From contig NZ_JABMCZ010000001.1 in the NCBI RefSeq assembly GCF_013186535.1, forward strand, positions 2,100,664 to 2,132,663: DNA of 32,000 bases, read 5' to 3'. The notes below the pieces were generated by a model, which saw nothing but the letters and a program-made list of their open reading frames with translations, ran no database searches and had not been told where the DNA came from. The stretch comes from Nocardia terpenica. Lineage in GTDB: Bacteria > Actinomycetota > Actinomycetes > Mycobacteriales > Mycobacteriaceae. The translations under genes were made by a program, and so were the position numbers. Below are positions 6,552-14,860 of the stretch, piece by piece; position 1 is the stretch's first letter, and each line of letters starts with the position of its first letter.

Positions 6552-8669
6552 CTATTCGGCGGGATGCACGCAGGCCGCGGTGAGCAGCGCCGTGATCCGG
6601 TCGGCGGGCATCGGACGGTGGAACAGCCAGCCTTGCGCGGTGTCGCAGCCGAGGTCGAGCAGCCGGTCGGCCTGATGGCCGGTCTCCACGCACTCGGCGG
6701 TGACGGTAAGCCCCAGGCCGTGGGTGAGGCCGATGATGGTTTCCAGGATGAGCAGATCGCTGCGGTCGGCGGTGCCCGCGCTGCGGATGCGGTGGATGAA
6801 CGGCCCGGCCAGCTTGACCACGTGCAACGGAAGTCGGCCCAGATAGGCGAGGTTGGAGTAGCCGGTGCCGAAATCGTCGATGGCGATGCGGACTCCGGCC
6901 TCGGCGAGGGTGCGCAGCGCCTGCAGCGGCCGCCCGGTGGCGTGCATGAAGGTGCGCTCGGTCAGCTCCAATTGCAGTCTGGCAGGGTCGAATCCGGTGT
7001 CGGTGATGATCCGCTGCACCCGGTGCAGCCAGGCCGGGTCGGCGACCTCGGCGGCGGAGACGTTCACGCTGACCACCGGGGTGTGCGCGCCGAACTCGTC
7101 GTGCCAGCGGCGGCCGTCGCGGCACGCCTGCTCGAGCACCACCGTGCCGAGCGCGGCGATGTGCCCGCTGTCCTCGGCGAGGTCGACGAATCGTGCCGGG
7201 CTGAGCACGCCGAGCGCCGGATGCCGCCAGCGCACCAGCGCCTCCACGGCCAGCGGGCGCTGGTCGGCGAGCGCGACGATGGGCTGGTAGTCGAGGTAGA
7301 ACTCGCCGCGTGCGAGCGCCGCCGGCATGGCCGCGGTCAGCTCGGCGCGGGTGTGCTCGCGGCGGCGGCGATCCGGGTCGAAGATCGAATAGCGGGCGCG
7401 CCCATCGGTTTTCGCCCAGTACATGGTGGTGTCGGCGGCCTGCAGCAGCTCGTCGGTGGTGGTGTGGGCGGTGCGTTCGATCATCACGCCGACGCTGGCG
7501 GTGACGGTCAGGCGGTGGCCGAGGATGTCGAAGGGCACGCTGAAGGCGTCGACCACCGTGCGGGCCAGCTCGGCCAGTTCGCCGGAGTTGCGGGCGCGCG
7601 GCACCAGGATGATGAATTCGTCGCCGCCCATCCGCGCCACCAGCTGATCGGGGCCGCACGCGCAGGCGGTCAGGCGCGCGGCGGCCTGGGTGAGCAGCAC
7701 GTCGCCGACGGCGTGACCGAGGGTGTCGTTGACGGTCTTGAAATGGTCCAGATCCACGTAGCACAGGCCGACCCGGGCGGTCGGATCGGCGAAGGCGGTG
7801 GTGAGGGCGTCGAAGAAGCGGGATCGGTTGGCCAGGCCGGTGAGCGGGTCGTGGAGGGCGCGGTAGGTCAGCCGCTCGCGCAGGGCGCGGCGCTCGGAGA
7901 TGTCCTCCACCAGGACCAGCGTGTACTGCGGCAGGCCCTGTTCGTCGCGGATCAGCGAGACGTTGATATTGGTCCACACGGTGTGGCCGTCGCGGTGGCG
8001 GTACGCCTTCTCCAACTGCACGCTGTCGTGCTCGCCGCGCAGCACGCCCGCGTAGAGCTCCCACATGCCGGGCGGGTCGTCGGGGTGGGCCAGGTCGGTG
8101 ACGGTGAACCGGGTCATCTCCTCGGGGCGGTAGCCGAGCATGGTCGCGAACGCGGTGTTGACCTCGATGATCCGGCCGCTCATATCCGACAGGCCGGTGC
8201 CGATTCCGGCCTGGGAGAACACCGCTCGCAACCGGGCCTCGCTGCCGCGCAGCTGCTGCTCGACCACGCGGCGGGCGGCGATGTCGGCGGCGCGCACGCT
8301 CTCCTGTTCGGCGAGCAGCCAGGCGCGGAAGGCGCGCACGTAGCCGGAGGCGAACGCGCCGAGCACGGCGGCGGGGCAGGGCGCGCCGGTGTCGGCGAAA
8401 TAGCGCTCCAGGACGGCGATGCTGCGGCCGAGGACCTCGTCGCCGACGAAGTGCGCGCGGGCCAGTTCGGCGCCGAGTTCGGCGGCGCGGGCGGGGTCGC
8501 CGGTGTGGGTGGCGGTGACGAGGTCGGCGGCGAGACGGGTCAGCAACTCCCGTGTCTCGCTCGCGCTCAACGGCACGACGTGATCGCGAGCGCCGCCGCC
8601 GAGCGCGGCCGCCCACCGCTCGGCCAGTTCCGCGTGCGGGCCGTCGAGATCGGACCCATCCCACGCCAT
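6552..8669 (-). CDS. Cyclic-di-GMP turnover protein: N-terminal helical sensor region, PAS, GGDEF, EAL
   Basis: ORF track 6552..9719 (-), trimmed to MAWDGSDLDG (ATG 8667-8669). The upstream extension overlaps the methyltransferase gene and has shadow-ORF composition. Contains a PAS-like block (GRIIEVNTAFATMLGYRPEEM), intact GGDEF (RMGGDEFIIL) and EAL blocks (AVEALVRW, DDFGTGYSNL). Confidence 0.9.
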   Translation of the reverse strand: MAWDGSDLDGPHAELAERWAAALGGGARDHVVPLSASETRELLTRLAADLVTATHTGDPARAAELGAELARAHFVGDEVLGRSIAVLERYFADTGAPCPAAVLGAFASGYVRAFRAWLLAEQESVRAADIAARRVVEQQLRGSEARLRAVFSQAGIGTGLSDMSGRIIEVNTAFATMLGYRPEEMTRFTVTDLAHPDDPPGMWELYAGVLRGEHDSVQLEKAYRHRDGHTVWTNINVSLIRDEQGLPQYTLVLVEDISERRALRERLTYRALHDPLTGLANRSRFFDALTTAFADPTARVGLCYVDLDHFKTVNDTLGHAVGDVLLTQAAARLTACACGPDQLVARMGGDEFIILVPRARNSGELAELARTVVDAFSVPFDILGHRLTVTASVGVMIERTAHTTTDELLQAADTTMYWAKTDGRARYSIFDPDRRRREHTRAELTAAMPAALARGEFYLDYQPIVALADQRPLAVEALVRWRHPALGVLSPARFVDLAEDSGHIAALGTVVLEQACRDGRRWHDEFGAHTPVVSVNVSAAEVADPAWLHRVQRIITDTGFDPARLQLELTERTFMHATGRPLQALRTLAEAGVRIAIDDFGTGYSNLAYLGRLPLHVVKLAGPFIHRIRSAGTADRSDLLILETIIGLTHGLGLTVTAECVETGHQADRLLDLGCDTAQGWLFHRPMPADRITALLTAACVHPAE

Positions 8670-8786
8670 GAAGATCGATCGTAGCCGGGTCGGCGGCAAC
8701 ATGTGAACCGCAACCATTTCGCAGATGCTCGAATACGATTGCGGTGCCTGGCCTTCCGGCGGGGCGCGGTAGCGGAGAGAGCGGGA

Positions 8787-9593
8787 ATGACCAGACCTGA
8801 TTGGGCGCCGGAGGGCATCGACCTGGACCGGCCCAGTGCCTCCCGGGTGTACGACTACTTCGTCGGCGGGATGCACAATTTCGAGATCGACCGGGCGCTG
8901 GCGCGCCAGATCGAGGCGTTCACACCGAATGTCGCCGAAACCATGCGCGCCAATCGGGATCTGCTGCGGCGGTGTGTGCGGCTGCTGGTGGACGCCGGGA
9001 TCGATCAGTTCCTCGATCTGGGGTCGGGGATTCCGACGGTCGGCAACGTGCACGAGGTGGCGCAGGCCCGCAATCCGGGGGCGAGCGTGGTGTATGTCGA
9101 CATCGATCCGGTCGCCGTGGCGCACAGCCGCGCCATCCTCGCGGACAATCCGGGCGCGACGGTGATTCAGGCGGATGTGGCCGAGCCCGAGGCGATTCTG
9201 GCCGAGGCGGCGGCGACGGGGCTGCTGGATTTCCGGCGGCCGATGGCGGTGCTGCTGCTGGGTGTGCTGCATTTCGTGCCGGAGGGGGCCGACCCGGCGG
9301 CGAGCGTGGCGCGGCTGCGGGAGGCGGTGGCGCCCGGCAGCTATCTGGCCATCACCCACGCGACCGCCGACGGGCAGCCCGCCGAGGTGCTGGCGGCGCA
9401 GAAGCTGTCCGGACGCACCTCGACCGAGATCGTCCTGCGGTCGCGGGAACAGATCGGCGCCTACTTCGCCGATTGGACGCTGCTCGCGCCGGGGCTGGTG
9501 CCGCTGCCGCTGTGGCGGCCGGACGATCCGGCGGATGTGGGGGAGTGCCCGGAGATGTCGGGGGCGTACGGCGGGGTGGCGCGTAAGTACTGA
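8787..9593 (+). CDS. SAM-dependent methyltransferase, actinomycete DUF574 / Methyltransf_19 type
   Basis: ORF track 8703..9593, trimmed to ATG 8787 (GGAGAGAG upstream). Family blocks SRVYDYFVGGMHNFEIDR and FLDLGSGIPT. Confidence 0.8.
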   Translation: MTRPDWAPEGIDLDRPSASRVYDYFVGGMHNFEIDRALARQIEAFTPNVAETMRANRDLLRRCVRLLVDAGIDQFLDLGSGIPTVGNVHEVAQARNPGASVVYVDIDPVAVAHSRAILADNPGATVIQADVAEPEAILAEAAATGLLDFRRPMAVLLLGVLHFVPEGADPAASVARLREAVAPGSYLAITHATADGQPAEVLAAQKLSGRTSTEIVLRSREQIGAYFADWTLLAPGLVPLPLWRPDDPADVGECPEMSGAYGGVARKY

Positions 9594-9706
9594 GTGGCGT
9601 TGTGTACCAACGTATTCGCGAGCCAGGGTGCGCGCATGGGCGCGGGCGTCGGTATGGTGTGAGCGCCCGGCCGTCGGCCGTGGTGATCCAGGGATACGGA
9701 AGGACT

Positions 9707-10147
9707 GTGGTGCGTACACCTTTGCTGATGGTCGCGTTCGGCGTGGCGCTCGCCGCCGGTGGCACGAATGCGGTGGCGTGGGCCGATCCGGCGGCCGGAC
9801 CCGCCGTCGCGACGCCGATCTCGGAACCGATGATCGTGGGTACCGACGCGGACGGACAGACGGTGACGCTGACCGTCGGCCAGGAGCTGGCCATCGCCCT
9901 CCCCGACAACCCCTCCACCGGATACCGCTGGCAGCTGGCCGATTTCGACCAGGGCGTCATGCACCAGGAGGGCGACCCCCAATTTCGCCCGACCAACATC
10001 ATGCCCGGCTCCCCGGGAACGTCGGTGTGGACATTCACCGCATCCGCCCCCGGCAACACCCGCCTCGACCTGGTGTCACTGCCGCCCGCCTGGCAGCCGG
10101 GCACACCCCCGCCCCAACACTTCTCGGTGAACGCATCGGTTCACTGA
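9707..10147 (+). CDS. Secreted chagasin-family (MEROPS I42) cysteine-peptidase inhibitor
   Basis: ORF track 9602..10147, trimmed to GTG 9707 (GGAAGGA upstream). Has a signal peptide VVRTPLLMVAFGVALAAG. Family motifs NPSTGYRW and GSPGTSVWTF are present. Confidence 0.8.
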   Translation: MVRTPLLMVAFGVALAAGGTNAVAWADPAAGPAVATPISEPMIVGTDADGQTVTLTVGQELAIALPDNPSTGYRWQLADFDQGVMHQEGDPQFRPTNIMPGSPGTSVWTFTASAPGNTRLDLVSLPPAWQPGTPPPQHFSVNASVH

Positions 10148-10168
10148 GCGCGCTCGGGGCTTTGTCGA

Positions 10169-10283
10169 TCCCGGCGCGCCGGACCCGCTGATCCCGGCGT
10201 GCCGGACCTGTCGGTCCTGGTGTGCTGGGCCTGTTGGTCTTGGTGTGCTGGGCCTGTTGGTCCCGGCGTGCTTTTGGCCGGGA
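10169..10283 (-). repeat. Five exactly phased 23-bp units ending in hairpin head TCCCGGCGTGCTTTTGGCCGGGA (10261-10283), copy 2 of 5
   Basis: Units start at 10169, 10192, 10215, 10238 and 10261, and each begins TCC(C/T)GG or TCTTGG. The last unit is the canonical hairpin. Confidence 0.85.
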
Positions 10284-10390
10284 TCGCACACCATATTCTT
10301 CGTTATCCACCACGTTGCCCGGTGACCCGTGGTGTGCGATTCTCGGTGGAGCCCCTTCCGGGGGGAAATTCTTCGTCTGAGGGGGCTCGA

Positions 10391-10816
10391 ATGCGGATGA
10401 TGTCCAGGGTGGGCGCGGGGGTTGCGGCGTTCGGTGTGGTGGTCGGGGTCGCTTGTGCTGCACCCGATGCTGTGGCGGATGTGACTGCGGTCGAGGTTGC
10501 GCCGGGGATGAGTTTCGGGAGTTCGGGGGTGTATGGGACCGGGTGTTCGTACACGATTACCGCGACCGCGAAGCCGGGGACCTCGGTGTTGTTCATCGAT
10601 GAGGTCGGTGGGGTTCGTACGCAGGAGACGTTGCGGCCGCCGGGGGCGCCGACCGGCGATACCGGGAAGGCTCAGACCGTGTGGACGCCCGATCGGGCGG
10701 GCGTGCACACGATTTGGGCGGGTGAGTATCCGACGCCGGGGGCGGCGATCGTTACCTCCGAGGTGAACGTGGGTACCGGGATCAACCTGGGGCCCGCCTG
10801 CCTGGTGCTGCCGTAG
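10391..10816 (+). CDS. Small secreted protein of unknown function (141 aa, two Cys)
   Basis: ORF track 10199..10816, trimmed to ATG 10391 because the extension reads through the repeat array. Signal peptide MRMMSRVGAGVAAFGVVVGVACA. I recognise no family motif. Confidence 0.65.
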   Translation: MRMMSRVGAGVAAFGVVVGVACAAPDAVADVTAVEVAPGMSFGSSGVYGTGCSYTITATAKPGTSVLFIDEVGGVRTQETLRPPGAPTGDTGKAQTVWTPDRAGVHTIWAGEYPTPGAAIVTSEVNVGTGINLGPACLVLP

Positions 10817-10829
10817 AACGCCCGTATTG

Positions 10830-10844
10830 CCTTGCGGTGCAAGG
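10830..10844. terminator. Short hairpin CCTTGC-GGT-GCAAGG between convergent genes
   Basis: Perfect 6-bp stem with a 3-nt loop, inside the 35-bp spacer between the stops at 10816 and 10852. There is no U-tract, so function is unproven. Confidence 0.35.
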
Positions 10845-10851
10845 GGATCGG

Positions 10852-11757
10852 TCAGTCCTGTCGGCCGAGGTCGGCGACGATCTGTTCGATGTGATCGTGC
10901 CATGTAGCCAGAGCTTCGGCGGTCTCCTCGGGGGTCAGCTGCGGTGCGGTGTCGGTGAGGGTGATGCGCGCACCGCCGGGGCCGGGGCGGAGTTGCCAGC
11001 GGATGGTGTGGGGATTCGTTGTGGCGGTATGGAATTCGAGGAGTGATGGGGGATCGACGGTGCGAGCCGGGCCGGTGGGGAGACCGGCCGGGGCGAAGGG
11101 CGCCGGGGGTTCGGCGCCTGCGGTGGGGGTGTGCCCGGCGGTCAGGGCCTGCCAGACCTCGTCGACGGGGTGCATCATCAGCTGGCGTTCGAAGCGGATG
11201 ATTGTGGCGGTGTCGGTCTGTTCGGCCGTGCCCTCGTCCAGGCCGAACTGCCGGACGTACCGCTCGTGCTGCTGGGGCCAGGAGAAATCGGGGTCGGCGG
11301 AGGTGGGGGCGTCGGTGCGGGAATCGGCGAGTGCGTCCAGGCAGCGGTGCCAGCCGGTGGCGAAGCTCGCCGCGCCGGGGCGGTCGCCGAAGGTGTGCAG
11401 GAAGACGAGGCGGCAGCCGGTCGGGAGCGGGTGCAATTCGAAACGGAGAGTGCGGATTTCGTCGAATCCGGCCAACCCGACCGCGGAGGAGTCCATGCGG
11501 TACTCCAGGACGTGCGGCGGCTCCAGGGCGGTCACGACGCCGTGGATGGTCACCGCCTGCTCGCCCGCGCCGTAGACCTCGCGCACCTTGCCGCCGACGA
11601 CCGGCTCCAGCTCCCTTTCGGCCGCCGGATACCAGTGCGCCAGCCGGTCGGAGTCGAAGACGGCCCGCCACACGGTCTCCACCGGGTGGGCCAGTTCGCG
11701 TTCGAAGCGCAGCTCCCAGCGGTCGCCGTCGCGGCGCAGGGTTCCGGTGCGGCTCAT
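10852..11757 (-). CDS. Tandem SRPBCC / AHSA1-like (Activator of Hsp90 ATPase homolog 1-like) domain protein
   Basis: ORF track 10852..11838 (-), trimmed to ATG 11755-11757, which overlaps the ArsR stop (ATGA). Two similar halves are present (RWELRFERELAHPVETVWRAV and IIRFERQLMMHPVDEVWQAL). Confidence 0.8.
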   Translation of the reverse strand: MSRTGTLRRDGDRWELRFERELAHPVETVWRAVFDSDRLAHWYPAAERELEPVVGGKVREVYGAGEQAVTIHGVVTALEPPHVLEYRMDSSAVGLAGFDEIRTLRFELHPLPTGCRLVFLHTFGDRPGAASFATGWHRCLDALADSRTDAPTSADPDFSWPQQHERYVRQFGLDEGTAEQTDTATIIRFERQLMMHPVDEVWQALTAGHTPTAGAEPPAPFAPAGLPTGPARTVDPPSLLEFHTATTNPHTIRWQLRPGPGGARITLTDTAPQLTPEETAEALATWHDHIEQIVADLGRQD

Positions 11758-12092
11758 GACGTTTCTCCTCGTTCGGGATTCGCGGGCTCCGGCGGGGCGT
11801 CGAGATGGCGTTCGAGGGTGTCGAGACTGTCGGCCCACAACCGGCGATAGGGCGCCAGCCAGGCATCGAGCTCGGCCAGCGGCGCCGGATCCAGCTCGTA
11901 CCAGCGGCGCTGCGCGTCGACCCGGACCCGGACGAAACCGGCCTCCCGCAACACGCGCAGATGTTTCGAGGTACCCGGCTGGGACAACCCGAGCCGAGTG
12001 GCCAACTCGCCCACCGACTGCGGCCGCTGCAGCAGCAAATCCAGAATGCGGCGGCGATTCGGCTCGACGAGAACGTCGAACGCTACTGTCAC
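11754..12092 (-). CDS. ArsR/SmtB-family winged-helix transcriptional regulator
   Basis: ORF track 11754..12092 (-). wHTH segment RRRILDLLLQRPQSVGELATRLGLSQPGTSKHLRVLREAGFV. GTG start. Translationally coupled to the SRPBCC gene. Confidence 0.85.
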   Translation of the reverse strand: MTVAFDVLVEPNRRRILDLLLQRPQSVGELATRLGLSQPGTSKHLRVLREAGFVRVRVDAQRRWYELDPAPLAELDAWLAPYRRLWADSLDTLERHLDAPPEPANPERGETS

Positions 12093-12115
12093 AACCGCCA
12101 GTGTGCCTCTTTGGT

Positions 12116-12137
12116 TATATTCCCGTCAAGGCATATA
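12116..12137. promoter_or_regulatory. Candidate ArsR operator: inverted repeat TATATTCC-N6-GGCATATA
   Basis: 7 of 8 positions are complementary. It is AT-rich and lies 24-45 nt upstream of the ArsR GTG start. Confidence 0.3.
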
Positions 12138-12143
12138 GGGCCG

Positions 12144-12710
12144 TCAGCCCACGCCGCCGTCGCGTTCGCGGGTGGCGGCCAGGAGGTCTTCGCGGGCGCG
12201 GGCGATGCGAGAGCGGACGGTGCCCACGGGGCAGCCGCAGACCTCGGCGGCCTCCTGGTAGGACAGGCCCAGGACCTGGGTGAGGATCAGGGCCTCGCGG
12301 CGTTCGGGGTCCAGGCCGTCGAGCAGCATGCGGATCTCGACGAGGTCCTCGAAGGTGCGGCCGGTGCGCTGCACGGCGGCGCGCTGTTCGGCGGCGGACT
12401 CCCAGTCGTCGGTGTCGTGCAGGCGGGGGCGGGCGACCGCGGAGCGGATGGAGTCGACCACCACGCGGCGCGCGATCGACAGCAGCCAGGCGCGGGCCGA
12501 GGCGCGGCCCGCGAATCGGGGCAGGCTGCCGTAGGCGCGGACGAACGTCTCCTGGGTGAGGTCGTCGGCCGCGCCGGGGCCCGCGCGATAGGCGTGGAAC
12601 CGCCAGACATCGGCCTGCATGGCGCGCACCCATTGTTCGAATGCCCGCCGATCGCCGCGACCCGCGGCCAGGGCAAGCGCGGTCAGCTCGTCGTCTTTGT
12701 CACCGGGCAC
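12144..12710 (-). CDS. ECF (group 4) sigma-70 family RNA polymerase sigma factor
   Basis: ORF track 12144..12710 (-). Region 2 (DDLTQETFVRAYGSL) and region 4 (LSYQEAAEVCGCPVGTVRSRIARAR). Confidence 0.9.
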   Translation of the reverse strand: MPGDKDDELTALALAAGRGDRRAFEQWVRAMQADVWRFHAYRAGPGAADDLTQETFVRAYGSLPRFAGRASARAWLLSIARRVVVDSIRSAVARPRLHDTDDWESAAEQRAAVQRTGRTFEDLVEIRMLLDGLDPERREALILTQVLGLSYQEAAEVCGCPVGTVRSRIARAREDLLAATRERDGGVG

Positions 12711-12794
12711 GGTTCGTCAGGCTACTACATGCTGTCGTGGAAGCTTGCATACCGTGGCGGGAACTCTTCGGCGGGTCTGCGCGACCATAGGGAC

Positions 12795-13526
12795 ATGAGG
12801 TGCGAAACGGTCCGCGAAGCGTTGTCCGCGCGTATCGACGGCGAGCCGGAACCGATCCGGGCCGCGGTGGTCGATCGGCATGTGGTGGGCTGCGCGGGCT
12901 GCCGGGACTGGTACCGCCGCGCCGAAGAGCTGCGCCGGGCGACGATTCTGCATCCTGCGCCCGCGGTGCCGGACCTGACCGCGCGGATCATGGCGGCCGT
13001 GCCCGAACAGACCCGCGAGCCCGTCGGGCTGCGGGCCGCGCTGGCCGTCGTCGCCGTCGCGCAGACCAGCCTGGCGCTGGCCCAGCTGTTCGGCGCCGAC
13101 ACCGGCATGGGGCATGCGGCGCACGGCGCGTTCATGATGGGCCACATGAGCCACGAGAGCGCGGCCTGGAACCTGGCGATCGGCATCGGGCTGGTGTGGG
13201 CGGCGCTGCGCACCCGCACCGCGGCCGGGCAGCTGCCCATGCTGAGCGTGTTCGTCGGCGTGCTGACCGGGGTCTCGCTGCTCGACATCACGCGCGGGGA
13301 TGTGACTGCGGCCCGGCTGATTTCGCATGTTCCGGTGCTGCTCGGGGTGGCGCTGCTGTATCTGGTGTACCGCCGACACCGCGACGATGATCGGCCTATC
13401 GGAGACCGAATGGATACCGGGCGTGAGCGTTTCGCGGACGAGGTGCCGGATATCGATGTGGCGCACGAGGATTCGATCCTGCGGTTCCGGCATCGACGTC
13501 CGGCCAGTCGTCATCGCGCCGCGTAG
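12795..13526 (+). CDS. Membrane anti-sigma factor, zf-HC2 type (HxxxCxxC), with several hydrophobic segments
   Basis: Internal ATG 12795 of ORF 11805..13526. N-terminus MRCETVREALSARIDGE...HVVGCAGCRDWY carries the zf-HC2 signature. About four hydrophobic segments follow. Transcribed divergently from the sigma gene. Confidence 0.8.
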   Translation: MRCETVREALSARIDGEPEPIRAAVVDRHVVGCAGCRDWYRRAEELRRATILHPAPAVPDLTARIMAAVPEQTREPVGLRAALAVVAVAQTSLALAQLFGADTGMGHAAHGAFMMGHMSHESAAWNLAIGIGLVWAALRTRTAAGQLPMLSVFVGVLTGVSLLDITRGDVTAARLISHVPVLLGVALLYLVYRRHRDDDRPIGDRMDTGRERFADEVPDIDVAHEDSILRFRHRRPASRHRAA

Positions 13527-13545
13527 GTCGAGTGCGGCACATGGA

Positions 13546-13929
13546 TTCCGGCCAAAAGCATGCCGGAATCATGAGTGGCAGCACGCCGGACTGACGGGTG
13601 GCCGCTTGCCGGAGTGACGGGTGGCAGCCTGCCGGAATGACGAGTGGACGCTTGCCGGAGTGACGGGTGGCAGCCTGCCGGAATGACGAGTGGACGCTTG
13701 CCGGAGTGACGGGTGGCAGCCTGCCGGAATGACGAGTGGACGCTTGCCGGAGTGACGGGTGGCAGCCTGCCGGAGTGACGGGTGGCAGCCTGCCGGAATG
13801 GCGAGTGGACGCTTGCCGGAGTGACGGGCGGTAGCCTGCCGGAGTGACGGGTGGCAGCCTGCCGGAATGGCGAGTGGACGCTTGCCGGAGTGACGGGCGG
13901 TAGCATGCCGGAATGACGGTGCGGCCTAA
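13546..13929 (+). repeat. Hairpin head TTCCGGCCAAAAGCATGCCGGAA (13546-13568, copy 3 of 5) plus 16 exactly phased 23-bp units
   Basis: The GCCGGA anchor recurs at 13562 + 23k for k = 0 to 15, with no indel. Two unit types largely alternate (GCCGGAATGACGAGTGGACGCTT and GCCGGAGTGACGGGTGGCAGCCT). A 69-bp higher-order duplication is present (13792 and 13861). The array fills the spacer between the convergent stops at 13526 and 13936. Confidence 0.95.
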
Positions 13930-13935
13930 GCTGTT

Positions 13936-14790
13936 TCAGTAGCCGGACTTGGCGTTGACGCGCATGGGCCAGTACCGCTCGCCGTCGGCGGGGGTGTAGT
14001 TCGGCCAGCGGGGTGGGTTGCCCTCGGGGTGGTCGCCCAGGACTGTGACGCGGCGGCCGCGGCGGGGCTCGTCGTAGTCGTTGACCGCGTAGTGCTGGGT
14101 GACGCGGTTGTCCCAGAGGGCTACCGCGCCCGGCTGCCAGCGGAACCGGCAGGTGAACTGCGGGCCCTCGGAGAATTCGACGAGATGCTGGAGCAGCGCG
14201 TCGCTTTCGGGGCGGCTCAGCTGCGGGATGTGCGAGGTGAACAGCCGGTTCACATACAGCGAGCGGCGGCCGGTCTCCGGATGCACCCGCACCAGCGGAT
14301 GTTCGGCCGAGGCCGTGTAGTCGCCCGCCGTCACCGAATGCACCGCGGTCAGGCCGTCGACCAGATCCCGCAGCGGCGCGGACAGCCGCTCGTAGACCAG
14401 ATACTGATTGGTCCACATGGTGTCGCCGCCGCGCGGCGGGCAGGTCGTCAACTGCAGGATCGACACCAGCGGCGGGCTTTCGTGAAAGGTCATGTCGGTG
14501 TGCCAGCAGTCGACCTTTCCGCCCCGGTCCGACTCGATCAGAACTATTTCGGGAAAACCCTCGAGTTTCGGCAGATAGGGATGCAACTCGACCTCGCCGA
14601 AGCGGCGGCCGAACGCGATATGCGCGGCCGGCGGCAGGTCGCCCTGATCCGGGAAGAACAGCACCTGATATTCGAGCAGCAGCTCGTGCACCGTCTCGAA
14701 TTCGGTGTCGGTCAGCGTCGCGAGATCGATACCTCGCAGCTCGGCGCCGAGAGCGCCGGAAATCGGCTGAACGGTAATGGTCGCAGGCAT
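13936..14790 (-). CDS. TauD/TfdA-family Fe(II)/2-oxoglutarate dioxygenase
   Basis: ORF track 13936..14973 (-), trimmed to ATG 14788-14790 (GGAGGGG upstream). MPATITVQPISGALGAELRGIDL start. HxD in CWHTDMTF. Distal His in VTQHYAVNDY. Confidence 0.85.
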   Translation of the reverse strand: MPATITVQPISGALGAELRGIDLATLTDTEFETVHELLLEYQVLFFPDQGDLPPAAHIAFGRRFGEVELHPYLPKLEGFPEIVLIESDRGGKVDCWHTDMTFHESPPLVSILQLTTCPPRGGDTMWTNQYLVYERLSAPLRDLVDGLTAVHSVTAGDYTASAEHPLVRVHPETGRRSLYVNRLFTSHIPQLSRPESDALLQHLVEFSEGPQFTCRFRWQPGAVALWDNRVTQHYAVNDYDEPRRGRRVTVLGDHPEGNPPRWPNYTPADGERYWPMRVNAKSGY

Positions 14791-14860
14791 CGATGACCCC
14801 TCCTGGCCGCAACGGGAAGCCGACGGCTGCCATGGTATGTCGCGGATCCGAATCGCGCAG

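Noticed and set aside
8670-9719. N-terminal extensions offered by the longest-ORF track: GGDEF-EAL to 9719, permease to 2523, SARP to 30129, LysR to 31210, secreted protein to 10199, anti-sigma to 11805.
   Set aside because: The extensions overlap neighbouring genes, repeats or operator-like motifs. They have poor third-position G+C (for example 5 of 15 for the SARP extension) and precede canonical family N-termini that have their own RBS.
13546-13929. CRISPR array interpretation of the tandem repeats (also 5065-5181, 10169-10283 and 22208-22390).
   Set aside because: The units are directly abutting with no unique spacers. The unit length of 23-24 bp is the full period. No cas genes are present.
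13511-14833. The 440-aa minus-strand ORF translates the 23-bp array into a repeating peptide (…LPPVTPASVHSPFRQAATRHSGR…).
   Set aside because: The 23-bp period is not a multiple of 3, so the protein repeat is an artefact of a 69-bp frame cycle. The ORF then runs out of frame through the well-supported TauD gene. No start or RBS context is present.
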